A stretch of DNA of 64,000 nt from Mustelus asterias. Lineage: Eukaryota. This document shows positions 11,574 through 23,990 of the stretch, in pieces. The stretch spans positions 26,350,001 to 26,414,000 of the forward strand of contig NC_135803.1 of assembly GCF_964213995.1 (NCBI RefSeq), given 5' to 3'. Positions within the stretch are counted from its first letter, which is position 1. Each line of letters begins with the position of its first letter. The position numbers and the translations under genes were made by a program. Under the pieces are notes generated by a model, which saw only the letters and a list, made by a program, of their open reading frames with translations, had not been told where the DNA came from and made no database searches.

Positions 11574-11688
11574 ATGCTCAGGATGGTATGGTTGGCACTT
11601 GGGTTGTTCAGGGTGCTGTGGTGTCTGGCCCCACAAACCGGTTACATACATCCTGATGAATTTTTTCAGTCTCCGGAGGTTGTGGCAG
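11574..11688 (+). CDS. PIGZ: GPI mannosyltransferase 4, coding exon 1
   Basis: [38 protein letters not shown] carries the PIGZ/Smp3 HPDEFFQ motif. Donor G|GTAAAG, phase 1. Confidence 0.9.
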
Positions 11689-12193
11689 GTAAAGAAAATT
11701 CTGATAACTTACTTAAATTCTATTTTCTACAAATATTTTTTTTGCCATGATGAGTAATTTTGTTTCCTCCAAGCAGTTAGCCTTTTGTATCACAGAGGTT
11801 CAGAAGACAAAATTCAACATGCCTGGTCCACTTGATTGAAGGTGTACCTCTGACAAATGGAACCCTGCCTGTCCACCACAGCCAAAGCAAATGAGATTGA
11901 AAAAGTCACCACTACTCTTTTTGTGGAAACCCAGTTACAAATTCCAGTCAGGGGTGGGATTCAAAGTCAATGAAGTTTGTTTTGGGCTTCTTCCCAATAT
12001 TTTTTACTTAAGTTCAATGAAAATGTCAGCCTCTGTAGATTTGACATAACATAGTCTAATGCATAAAGTATACTATATATTTATGTTTTTGATATCAGAT
12101 TACACATCTGGAAAAGATGCCAATAGATATGCTTTATCTCTTGGCAAGGACAGAAAAAGCAACAGTGATAGACCAAAGTTACTGATTAAAATT

Positions 12194-12531
12194 TCATAGA
12201 AATCATAGAAACCCTACAGTGCAGAAGGAGGCCATTCGGCCCATCGAGTCTGCACCGACCACAATCCCACCCAGGCCCTACCCCCACATATCTTACCCGC
12301 TAATCCCTCTAACCTACACATCCCAGGACTCTAAGGGGCAATTTTTTAACCTGGCCAATCAACCTAACCCGCACATCTTTGGACTGTGGGAGGAAACCGG
12401 AGCACCCGGAGGAAACCCACGCAGACACGAGGAGAATGTGCAAACTCCACACAGACAGTGACCCGAGCATCGAACCCGGGACCCTGGAGCTGTGAAGCAG
12501 CAATGCTAACCACTGTGCTACCGTGCCGCCC
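12194..12531 (-). mobile_element. tRNA-derived SINE (HE1-like), CR1-type tail, in the PIGZ intron
   Basis: Near-identical to other copies; tail tcatagaaatcatagaaa on the + strand. Confidence 0.9.
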
Positions 12532-13158
12532 AAGCAGTTAGCCTTTTGTATCACAGAGGTTCAGAAGACAAAATTTATGAGAGGATGTAATTTTTTATGC
12601 AAGCAATGATGATTTAGCAGGTTAAAAATATCAACACTTTTTAATAATTTCAGCATCGCATTATTTTGAGATTCTAATTACCTTTGGATAATTTCATCAA
12701 CACCTCAGCCTCCATTGAGTTCTGCCATGTCAAACTTGACCCAGTGAATTAGACAAATTAAACAAGTTGCCATCAGCAGTCATAGAGTTCCTAATCACAC
12801 CAGATTTCAAAGACATATGATGAATCAGATACCTGATAAACAGACCTGCAAAATAGACAGGTGTCTTTGGCCAGTGATATATTTTCTGGTTAGGCAGTAT
12901 TAGATTTGGGGTTTTGTTATCGCAGTGGCAAATTGCAACATAATTGAAGGAAGTAAATATTGTCTCAGTGAGTGACTGTTTACAGACGGATGTTCTGTTA
13001 CATTATTTTACACAGCAGCACAAAGTGCCTTTCTTTGTGTATTCAACGGTCCCCATTTTAAGTTGGCTCTCTCTGTTCGACCATTGCCTTTTTGTTTCCA
13101 GAGAAGGGAAGAGAACAAGTTATCATGTCAGCATTTTCACAAGAGCAATAGTTCAGAA

Positions 13159-14061
13159 TGTCATGTATCAAGATATGGAGTAAAAGAAAGGTTCAAGAAT
13201 TGAGTAAAATAAAGATTAAAAGTAAAATTTGGATAGAATGAAATGAAGAATGAGATTGATAAGAGTGCATTTGTTTGAAAGGATACTTTGAGATGCGAAT
13301 TAGCAAAGCAGCAGGAAAACAAATGTCTATCTGAGTGACATGGGGATGAACAATGATGTATAAAAATAGAAGTTAGAACTTTTGAAGAGATTAATTTAAA
13401 GTGGAGAAAGAAGAATATAGTTTTCACCTACGCACTGAAACCTGGTCCACGGAATTGTGTAACATCAAATAGGAAAGCAGTATATCCATAGCAGGGAAAC
13501 TGAGTACAGCAGGAGAGGAGGAAGAGAGGTACAGCTGGGAAGCAGCTAAAATTATAGCCACACCCAGCTGGAAAGGCAGTTTGTCTCCCGAAAACAAGTT
13601 TGTGCTGAATGCATCTGTTTTAAAAAGAAAATTCAGAGAAAAGAACGCTGAACTGAAGAAAGGTTTTTCTGAGCTGGAAGATAACTTCTGGGCAGTAACT
13701 ATATACTGGATTTAGCTCCGAGAGTTATACAATACTGGATGTTACTTGGAAAACGGAAATTTCTCAGAGTTCAGAAACATAGATAGCTGGGAGCAGTGGC
13801 TAATTTCATAAATTGCGGTGCATGTGAGTAGCCATTACTATAGTTAAATGTACTGTTGTATTGTACTCTTTCTTGTGTGTTTCTTTTAAGTTCATAAATA
13901 TTCTTTATTAATTGATTACAACAAGACTTGACCGTTCCTCACTGTATATCTTTCCTCACATTATACCAAATTGAAAGTATTCACCACAAAGAACTGGTGT
14001 TCCAAGTTACCCTTCTGGGTTTTGGGATACCATCCATTTAACGTCAGCAGAGTTCTTAACA
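13159..14061. mobile_element. Possible solo LTR
   Basis: Bounded by TGTCA...TAACA, with a purine-rich body and an AT-rich polyA-signal-like region. No clean target-site duplication. Confidence 0.3.
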
Positions 14062-14231
14062 CAAGTACTTCAGGGATTGATTACTGTTGTTTTCACTTTC
14101 TGCAGTTTGCCAACAGGCTAGAACAAGACTTTAAATTGCATGTACCGTATTCTTATTTATGTACAGTGTTGAAAGTGTTGTTTTAAATTGTACAGTTTTT
14201 CATTTGAAACACATCTTTCTTTTCATTACAG

Positions 14232-15892
14232 GTGACATTTTAAATTTAAAGACCTTTCGCCCTTGGGAATTCAATACCAGCTACCCCAGTCGATCGGTCC
14301 TGTTCCCTCTGGTCACGACAGGCTTCTCCTTCATAGTCCTAAAAACATTGCACAATTCTGGCCATTTTGGTAGCATTCTAAACAGCTACAGTTTGTTGGT
14401 TTTCCCCAGATTCTACCTGACATGCCTGTCCTTTATACTAGACTATTCTGTATACCATTTAGCCTGTCTCTGGGGAACAGATCCATGGCATGCTTTAATA
14501 CTGCTGAGTGGGTCACACGTGATGCTGGTTTTTTACACCAGGACATTTTCAAATGTTATAGAAGGAGTTCTGTTTGCATTACTGCTGCTGTTAGTGGCAA
14601 TGGACACAACACAAGGGCATGTAGCACCACGTCCTAGGAAAAAGGAAAGGAGGAACAATAAACATCTTATTGGGATTGTTTTAGTTTCAGGCTTTTTTAA
14701 TAGACCCACATTCGTTAGTTATGCTTTAGTACCAATGCTCCTGTGGCTTTCCCGTGATCAGAAAGGCACATTTCAATTCAGTTTAAGAACAATATTAAAG
14801 AGATCCTTCGGCATTTTTTCACCTGTAATTGTAACCACTTGCATTTTCATTATTGTGGATACACTATATTTTGGTTCATTGTTTTCTGAAATTGACTGGT
14901 TCTTGAAAGATGGAAATGCTGGACATGAACACATTGTTAATCTAAGCCAACATCTATTTTTAACTCCACTCAATTTTATTCGGTATAACTTGGATCCAGA
15001 AAACCTTTCTACTCATGGGAGGCATCCTTGGTTTACACACCTGACTGTTAATGGGCTTCTGATGTTTGGTGTTCTTCATTTGTCAGCTGTTATAACTGCT
15101 TTTAGAATTATAATCCACAAATGTGTTTGCGCAGGTGGATGTCATGTGCCAAGGAAACAGCAGTTTGAAAAGAAATTACAAACACATTTTCCTTCAGTTA
15201 CTGAAGCTACTCCTTCAGTTGCTGAGTATTTGATTTTGGTTTATTTTGTTCCCTTAATCATCTTGTCCTTATTTAGTCATCAGGAAGCACGGTTTCTTAG
15301 TCCCCTTATTGCACCAGTTGTTATACATGGTGCTTTCAATTATGACGTGTTGAGAGGGAGAACTGTAATTATTGTATTTAACATTTTATGTTCAGTACTT
15401 TTTGGCTGTATGCACCAGGGTGGATTAATTCCTTGTCTGTCTTATTTAGAAAAAGCTTTACATTCAGAGGATCCTATGGCTAACCAGCCTGAGCACAATT
15501 TGATATTTTACCACACCTACATGCCTCCGAGGTATCTCCTAAACATCAGATCAGACCAAGAGTCTATCAAAATCATTGACCTGGGAGGGTCTGATGTTTC
15601 TGTCCTCAATAACACAGTGGATGGGCTACTCGACGATTTATCTTCCAAACACACTGAGCATAACCAAATAAATATCTATATCATTGCACCTGGTACTGTT
15701 GAATACACTATGAAATGTTGTGATTTTCAATGGGTAACTGTTGCATCCTTCTTCCCTCATTTATCTATGGAAGATCCTCCTGAAATTCCTTTACTTTTTT
15801 CTAAAGATGGATTGAACCAACTGAGTCTTTATATTTTCAAGGTGCACAAGAAGTTAAAGATTCTGAATTTTAATGGAACTCTATTTACATAA
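14232..15892 (+). CDS. PIGZ: GPI mannosyltransferase 4, coding exon 2 (total protein 591 aa)
   Basis: Acceptor ttacag|GT completes Gly in phase with exon 1. Multi-TM glycosyltransferase-22 motifs PWEF..PSRS, YTRTFSN, FNRPTF, HQEARFL, HQGG, YHTYMPP, FFPHLSMEDPP. Ends in TAA. Confidence 0.93.
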
Positions 15893-16150
15893 GGGCATAA
15901 AAAATAGGACCTGGAGTTGGCTTTTCAAGATTGCTTTGTCGTTCAAAAAGATTATGGCTGATCTCTGACCTCAATTCTACTTTTCTACCACTCCCATATC
16001 CTTTTAATCCCCTAGAGTTCAAATAGTCATCTACCTCAGCCTTCAATATACTGAAAGACTGTGCATTCACAACCCAAACGGTTCGAGAATTCTAAAAAAA
16101 AAAATCACAATTCTGAGTAAAGGAATTCTTCTTCATCTAAGTCTTGAGTG
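15886..16150 (-). mobile_element. CR1 LINE 3'-end fragment
   Basis: Minus-strand peptide SFSILKAEVDDYLNSRGLKGYG is a CR1 ORF2 C-terminus; tail-like acataagggcataa on the + strand. Confidence 0.7.
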
Positions 16151-18699
16151 ATTGCGACGATGGCTTGAGTTTCCATGAGGATGAAGGGGGTCTCTGACTT
16201 AGCCAAAATGGTGCTGGAGCTCCGATTTCAGAAGTTGCACTCCTGAGCCTGGTACCCACCATTTTTGCCAAGGGGGAATGGGAGTGAGTTGTAGATTGCA
16301 CATCCATGGTTCATGGGGACAGCTACAATATAGGATTAGTGCTACATGACTAATTCAACAATCAATTATTATCACAGTAGGGTGGGAGGTGAGTGCTTTA
16401 AGCTTACAGTTTGACTGACAGCTCCAAATGATAATATTGTTTTTGATGTGGGAGGTTATAAATACAAACGGTTGTCTTCAAATGGGTTAAGTAACTGAAG
16501 GAATTTAAACGCATTGAATAGTTTTTCTCTCAATGAGAGTGTGGTTTTAAAGTGGTCATCAGTAGACATTTAGAACTTGATTTTATTACATCCCAATATG
16601 GCTCCTGAGGTGTGTCCATGGCAGATACTGAATGAGTTGGCAAGGAGGAATAAAGGCAGTGGGTGAGGAGTCATGGGATTGATATGAGTTGGCACTAAGT
16701 TGGCACAGGAGCTATAAAGGACCTTGGAGGATGGGTAGAGAGGCATAAATTGACATGAAGGATATGTGGGACCATGGTGGGTAGGTAGGGGCATAGTTTG
16801 TCCTGGACAGTATGAGGGGGTCACAGAAAGTGGGGAACGAGAGATAGGTTGGCATGGAGGATATGCGGGGGGGGGGGGTGGTTTGGCTTGAGTTAGGATA
16901 GAAATGGCACGAGGAATGTGTGGGAGATGAGGGCTAGAGGGATGTGTTATGATTTATTGGGTTTTTCTTCCAGAGCATCAAGATGTGCCTTTTCACCAGC
17001 CTGCCCCAGCAGGCTCTCTGGCTTCCTCCAAATTCTTCTTTTTGGGAGCAGCGAACTCGACGCCCGTTATTACTGATCCGACTCCACCCCCAGAATGGAA
17101 ATTAGAAGATCCGCTGAGTTGGTTAGTGACATTGGGAATTTTTCCTGACCCTGAACTCCCAAATTGGGAAAACAAATTTGGCCCTATAACCCTAATTCCA
17201 GCTCTTTCACCAAGGGGAAACAACATTTCAGCATTTACCCTGTCAAGCCTCCTCAGAATTTCTTCAGTTTCTTTGAGGTCACCTCTCACTCTTCTAAACT
17301 GGAGGTTTATTTTTGAAAACTTTATAATAGTTAATTCTGTGGGGTATTTGTGAGCGTACTTCTTTTTGCTGATATACAAGAATGGGAGATATCCAGCAAG
17401 AATTGAGAGACATCACAGAGATCTCAGAGGCTTGTGGGGGTTGGAGGAGGCTACAAAGTCTTCTAATACAATCTAATTTGATGGAGCTTTTCTAAATTTA
17501 AAACAATTGCTAAACTTAGCTCTATGCTCTGATCACAGCTAGCTCGGCTCCAAATGGCTTTTATATGACCACTATGGAAAGGATTCAAATAGTAAAACAT
17601 GATTAGCGGCGAAAGATGGAAATTGTAGTTTATCAATTTACTTCACAGACCCCTGTTAATATTGGCAGATTCTGAGGGAAAAAAAAGTGAGTCCTAAACC
17701 AATATAGGTTTCTACATTTAGTTTATTGATTTATATCATAGTCTTATTAAGGATTGGAGAAATGACTGTCTTTGCAGAGAAAGTCTCCAGTAGAAATGTA
17801 CATTTGCAATATAGCACATTTTAGTAAGACATTCAGTGGCAGATTCGTCCTTTATCCTTATGCAATTACCTAACAATGTGTGTTCTTTCTTATACCTGTT
17901 AATCTGAGTGCAAAGTTACTAAAATTGTCTAAATAACCATGTTCTATTGCTCTTTACATTCTAGATAAGATGCTGAAACATTGTTATGTAATCTCGATAC
18001 AACTTGTCACGGCATTTGTTGAACTGCCGCATTAACTTGTGGTATTATGCATGTCAGTTGGAAAATTTGATTAAATCATAAGGATAACAGTCACCAACTA
18101 TATTGTCTGCATTTGATACAACGAACCACCAGCATAAGTAGACACCTCTTAGTACCAATAAACATCTGAAACTCAAACATATTTCCCAAGTATTGTGCAG
18201 GAACTGGTTGATTTTTGATAGACTATAAAGGGTGACATTGGGTAGCAACTAATATAATTGTAGAACCATAGCAAATTACAACACACAAGGAGGTTGTTTA
18301 GTCCATTGTGCCCGTGCTGACTTTTTGAAAGAGCTGTCATGCTTTGTCCCACATCACATTTTTTGTCTGTAATCCACTAAATTCGTAATCCTAAAGCATC
18401 TATTCAATTTGCTTTCAAAATTATTTATGGAACCAGCTTCTATGATTTCAAGTAGAGCAATCCAGACCTTAACAACTCTCTAAATGAAAAATAAAACTTT
18501 CTTCCTCGAGATGATTCTGTGCTATTGATATGTTTTATGTTTGAGGAGGACAGCTTTAAGATGCAGTGTTTTGTTGCAAGCAGTCAGTTTGTCAGAAAGG
18601 AATGTAGCGGATGCTGGAAAGAAGGATAATTATTCATTTTAGCCATGTAAGTGTTTACTTAAACAAAAGCTCATTAAACCTTCTGTTATCAAATACTGA

Positions 18700-19340
18700 G
18701 GCAAGTGGTCACTGATCAGGAGTGTGAATTTCTGTCTGAACTGGGTCTGGTGAAATTTTCGGATTCCAAAAAGGATCCCCAGTGCTTTGATTTGAACATA
18801 TCGGCTCTCTGCTTCACTTAAAAGTCCGCAATGCGAATGCTATGGGTCTTTCCACATGAGAGTATTATGTGTGAAACATTGGTCCCCACGCCATAAGGTG
18901 ATGCAGCACATGAAAGTTGTAGGATGTATTACGGAGGGGTCAAAGTGCCCAGTACCTCGGAATCTGTCAGAGTTGCCTGTTCCTTCTTGAATGCAGCATC
19001 AGACTTCTGTCCATTTCCAGGCTTTGTACCGACACAGAAGCTCATGCAGGGGTTTCAGCAGGGTTCCCAGCTGTGGAATGAATCTCCCGTAATAATTCAG
19101 CAAACTGAAGAATGAGCAAAGCTGGCCGATATTCTGAGAAGCTGGAGCATCCACAATAGCCTTGACTTTAGAAGGTGCTTTGTGAAGCCCAGCAGCATCA
19201 ATAAAGTACTCCAAATATTTCACAGGGCTGAAAAAACTTGCATTTGTCTTTGCGAACCCGTAGGCCATACTCCTCTAGCCTTTGTTGGTGGCATCCGAGT
19301 TCTTGACATCAGTCTTGCCAGTTAATAAGATGTTATGAGG
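18700..19340 (-). mobile_element. Gypsy-type pol fragment (RT / RNase H linker)
   Basis: LEYFIDAAGLHKAPSKVKAIVDAPA..QLCSFFSLLNYYGRFIPQLGTLLKPLHELL..WKWTE. Confidence 0.8.
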
Positions 19341-20660
19341 TGATATAGAACACTCCAGTACTATTATTCATGTTGTGACATTTTTGACACTGTTATCTCA
19401 CTCTTTCTCTTATTGAATGCATTTTTCACTGTTACTTGACTCCTGAAATCCAGAATTTTTGGTACTAACCAAAGCACTACCATACCCCATGAAGTCAGTG
19501 AACTAATAATCCAGAGAATGTGAATCATGACAGTTTAAATTTAGAACCTGAATCGAAATTCAAGTTCTGAATTTGGGAATAAAAGCCAGCGCAGTAAAAT
19601 GTGTAAACTTGCATCTGTGGTCATTGTAGACAAGTAAATATCCCAAATTCTATTCCATGGGGTGGTGAGCTGATTTCTGCTGCTGTTAATGGTTGAAGTG
19701 TTGTGGCGAAAAGCAAGAAGCGCATTAGCGCTTGACAACAGAAGCGAGATGTGATCCTCCAGACTACATTTTCACCCATAACTTCTGCTGTCTAGTCCAC
19801 GCTCTGAGACCAGATTACTTCCCTAAACATCTCATGCGCTTTAAAAGCCATTCCTTAAAATCTACCTTTGTGACCAAGCTTTTGATCTCCTGTCTTAATA
19901 TCTCTTTACATAGTTCAGTCTCAAGTTTTGTCTGATAACACTCCCATTGGGCCTTGGGACATTTAAGGTACCAAATGATGCAAGTTATTAAAACAAAGAC
20001 AGATTTTGTTCCTTTACCTCAATTTCTCATTAGAAAGCTTTTTTCTTGCATTATCGACTCACTGATTAAGACACTAGGCCAGCAATTTTCCCAAATAAAA
20101 TTTCCTTACTCTGAACAGCTGTAGAGCCGAGGCCATTTTCCTCAACTGCACTTTATTTCAAAATACCTTGAAACATAAATAGAATCACAATGCAAATTTT
20201 CCATTTTATGAAAGAAAATGTATTCGCTAGAACAATTTGTCCATGCAATAAGGCAAACCGACATTTTTAAAAATTCTTTGACCCATCACAGATCTGTCTC
20301 ATCTGACGGACTGTGTGCACCTAGATTGTCATTAATTTTAAATAGCGTTCATCTCAAACAGTTACAGCAAAACAGTGATAAAGGGAAAACAGGGACAAAA
20401 ATGGCAAATTAAATCCATTTCAAATCCTGGCGAGCTGGTCATGATCCTGGACTCATCCTCCACGACAGTATACCTGCACAAATCCCAAACTCATTGGGTT
20501 GCATTTCCAATCCAAGCACCATGAAGTCTGAAAGGGATTGTTTCTTGTGGCTTGTCTCCGGGACTGTGGTGTTTCTGAAATGGGATAACGGTGCTGATTT
20601 GTCCCTGGTTGCTCCAGCCTGGGTGAAGAGGGAGAGCCCGGCTCCTTCCTGGGCGGTCCC

Positions 20661-20969
20661 TCATTTCTGCTTCTTGTGGCCCGGAGCCTCCCTCGGGCCC
20701 TCCTTCAGCTCCCGGGCCCAGCTGTCCCTCAGGCGGGCCGCCCACTGGCTCAGCCCGCCCAGCTGGCGGGGCAGCGCGATCCGCTCCCACAGCTTGCGGA
20801 CGGCGCCGGAGCGGCGGAGGCGCTCGGCCGCCTCCCGGCCGCCCAGCTCCAGGCGGCTGGCCAGGGAGACGGTGATGCGGGCCGCCTGGCGGATGGGCTG
20901 CGTCTCGGAGAGCTTCTCCACCAGCCGCGCGTTATTCACCAGCGACTGCAGCAGCCGACCGAGCACCAT
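20661..20969 (-). CDS. NCBP2AS2: NCBP2 antisense 2 (HIAR) small protein, single exon, 102 aa
   Basis: MVLGRLLQSLVNNARLVEKLSETQPIRQAARIT resembles the human NCBP2AS2 N-terminus. Perfect Kozak GCCGCCATGG; head-to-head with NCBP2; AATAAA on the minus strand at 20152-20157. Confidence 0.88.
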   Translation of the reverse strand: MVLGRLLQSLVNNARLVEKLSETQPIRQAARITVSLASRLELGGREAAERLRRSGAVRKLWERIALPRQLGGLSQWAARLRDSWARELKEGPREAPGHKKQK

Positions 20970-21361
20970 GGCGGCAGCGGGACGGGGCTCTCTCACCTCT
21001 GACCCCTCACCCACTGTCGGCCATTCCCCCCTCCCTCCCTCCCATCTCCATGGAAACGGTTCGACCGCCTCGAATCATTACTAACGATTCTCCTTCCCTC
21101 CTTGTTTTCCGCTCACATTTTTATCTCGTTATTAACGACACAAAGAAGAAACACCGATCGCGCCATCTTGTTGGATTCTCCGGTCGGGCGATCATCCTCC
21201 GGTTCCAGCCGGGATAGAACCGGAACTGTTCTCACGGGCTCTGGTAGCGGCCCGGATGGATTTAAGGGCGGGGAACGTGGGACGGAAATATGGCCCGGTT
21301 TCCGGTCCGTGTAGGCGACTTCCGGTTCCGGTTAGCTGAGCGCTGCTTGTCTCCCGGCGTC
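20970..21361. promoter_or_regulatory. CpG-island bidirectional promoter shared by NCBP2AS2 and NCBP2
   Basis: 392 bp between divergent ATGs, CpG-rich, with a YY1-type CGCCATCTTG (21161-21170) and ETS/GABP-type CGGAA/TTCCG motifs including tandem ACTTCCGGTTCCGG at ~21318. Confidence 0.8.
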
Positions 21362-21436
21362 ATGGCTGTGGTGCTGAACGCGCTGAACAGTGACTCCCAT
21401 GTGGAGCTGAGCCAGTACCGGGATCAGCACTTTCGG
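21362..21436 (+). CDS. NCBP2: Nuclear cap-binding protein subunit 2 (CBP20), exon 1
   Basis: MAVVLNALNSDSHVELSQYRDQHFR; donor CGG|GTAACG. Confidence 0.93.
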
Positions 21437-21532
21437 GTAACGTCACCCTCAAGATAACTGACTGGTAACCAGCTAACCAATGTCAACTCACCCCCCCCGC
21501 CAATGATAACTGAGTGATAACCAGCTGACAGT

Positions 21533-21855
21533 GGGGGTGGCACAGTGGTTAGCACTGCTGCCTCGCAGCGCCAGGGACCTGGGTTTGATTCCCGGCTTGG
21601 GTTACTGTCTGTGTGGAATTTGCACGTTATCCCCGTGTCTGCGTGGGTTTCCTCCGGGTGCCCCAGTTTCCTCCCACACTCCAAAGATGTGTGGGTTAGG
21701 TTGATTGCTAAATTGCCCCTTAGTGTCCCGGGATGTGTAGGTTAGAGGGATTAAATATGTAAGGTCATGGGGATAGGGCCTGGGTGGCATTGTTGTTGGC
21801 GCAGACTTGATGGTCCGAATGGCCTCCTTCTGCTCTGTAAGGATTCTATTCTATG
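21533..21855 (+). mobile_element. tRNA-derived SINE (HE1-like) in NCBP2 intron 1
   Basis: Head GGGGGTGGCACAGTGGTTAGCACTGC, tail ATTCTATTCTATG. Confidence 0.88.
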
Positions 21856-22729
21856 AACCAATGTCACCATAAGTGATAGCTGACTGGTAACCAGTTAACT
21901 ACTGCTTTTCAAATCATAATCAATTAGTAACCACACAGTGGACGAACTGCATTAGTGCCAGGCTACATCTTTGCAGTAGTGACCTGGGCGCTCTCCACCG
22001 GTCTCTATACTCCGTTAGTTCAGCTCCATTTTCTTGGTGGGGGAACAAAAACAATTATTTCCACCTGGCAATTAAGTAGTTGCCTTACATCCTCAGCACG
22101 GCTTGGAATAAGGAACAGGGTTTGTTTTTGACATTTTTATTATGAGGCGCAGTAAGTTTGAAGAAGTGAGAGACAATTATAAAGAGGCCTATATTAAGTC
22201 AGTGCAGAAAATTAGCAATTGGAGTTCAATGTGCACTGGAGTGTGGTGACTTCTTGCGAGCTGTCCCCAGCACACCCTCTAATTCTGTCTTTTACTCTTG
22301 TTCTATGCTTTTAAAACTGCTCTAACTCTTAACTCTACATTCTGCACACTCTCCTTTCCTCCTTCCCTATGAATGGTATGCTTTGTTTGTCTAATGCACA
22401 AGAAACAAAACTTTCACTGAATGCCAATACATGTGACAATAAATCAAATCAGAGTGGACAAGTGCAAGGCTGGATTTGGATCCAAGAAAAACAAGCGAAA
22501 ATATTTTCTTAATGTTAAGAAAGTAGGGACTGTAGAGGAGCAAAGGGATTTGGATGTCCATATACACTAATCTTAAAAGTTAATGCACAGATTCAAAAAG
22601 CAATCAAAATCATTAATGGAATATTGGTCTTCATCTCTAAGGGTTTGGAAGGAGCAGGGGTTGTGCTTTTGTGTAGTGCCTTGGCCAGACGATATCTGGT
22701 TTCTTGTATTCAGTGTAGTTTTCTTGGTG

Positions 22730-23000
22730 AATATACATAGTAAGATCCCACAAAAAGCAATGAGATAAATGACCACTTAATGTATTTTTAAAGGTGATGA
22801 TTGAGGAGTAGCTCCACACTTCCTTTTTCAGACTGTGCCAAGACATCTTTAATGTTCATCTGAACTGGTGGATTCAGTTCAGGGTCTTATCTGAAAGATG
22901 GCACTTCCAGCATTGGCTGAAGTGTTAACTTAGATTATGTGCTCAAATGCTTGGTATGGAATAAGAAACTCAGAGTGAGAGTGCCATCATTAAGCCTGGT
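22730..23000 (-). mobile_element. Ancient Deu-domain-type SINE (AmnSINE/SacSINE-like), decayed
   Basis: Motifs tctgaaagatggcacttcc and ttagattatgtgctcaa are shared with the copies at ~23680-23990, ~45500-45850 and ~61110-61330. Confidence 0.55.
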
Positions 23001-23400
23001 TATTGCATTCCACTGCAGGTTACTGGCCATGAGTTGGACTTGTGAACTTGATGTCAGAATTAGCAGATAATGGAGGAGAAATTCAACATATGCTGCCTTC
23101 TGATGTGCTTCATGACATTGGTGTGATTTAAATCACAATTTGCCAACGCAAGATACCTAACATCTGCTTCAAGCAAGCACCTAGAAGTCACCAGATTCCA
23201 CTTTGGCACCTGGCATACTTTGGGCCCAGGTGTTTGAGACAAATTTAATCTCTCTCCCCCCCGCAACCACATACACAAAAGTTAGGTGCAGTGTTGAATT
23301 TCTCCTTTAACATTCATTAGATTGTAGAGGAGTGCGACTGTGCTGAATGTATTTTGTTTTTATTGTCCTGAATTTAAATTTAAACCCTTCTGTTCTTAAG

Positions 23401-23582
23401 GGAAGCCGATATGAGCAGGACAAATTACTAAGATACAGCTGCACTCTCTATGTTGGGAATCTGTCATTTTACACGACCGAGGAACAGATCTATGAACTCT
23501 TCTCAAAAAGCGGCGATGTTAAGCGAATCATAATGGGTTTGGACAAAATCAAGAAAACTTCATGCGGATTCTGTTTTGTGGA
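23401..23582 (+). CDS. NCBP2: CBP20 exon 2 (RRM RNP2/RNP1)
   Basis: [61 protein letters not shown]; acceptor ttaag, donor GTATCTTT. Confidence 0.95.
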
Positions 23583-23679
23583 GTATCTTTTATATGTGAC
23601 TATGTCCTGTGCTAAGATTAATTTTAAATAACAGTTGGCTCTGTTGGACATGTGTACTGACATAAAATGTTTTTGGCCT

Positions 23680-23990
23680 TAAAAAGGCAAAACTTATATT
23701 TCTGTAGTGCCTTTTGTGACAACGAGACATCCCAAAATGCTTTACAGGCAATTACGTACTTTTGAAGTGTAGTGGGGGAAATCCGGCAGTCAGTTTACGC
23801 ACAACAAACTCCCAGTACAAGCATCGGGATAATGATCAGATAATCTGATTTAGTAGTGTTAATTGAGGGATAAAGGTTGGCCAGGGCATTAGTGATAATT
23901 CCCCTACTTTTCAAAATAATGCCAGAGGATCTTTTACTTCCAACAGAAAGGCAGATTTTGGTTTAAGACCTCATCTGAACGACAGTTAGG
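23680..23990 (-). mobile_element. Deu-domain-type SINE, decayed
   Basis: gagggataaaggttggccagggca..aataatgccagaggatcttttac..ctcatctgaacgac. Confidence 0.6.

Noticed and set aside
16150-17190. G-rich region resembling a decayed DNA-transposon derivative
   Set aside because: Could not define TIRs or a TSD by eye.
20494-21084. 196-aa + strand ORF
   Set aside because: Antisense shadow of the GC-rich NCBP2AS2 coding sequence.
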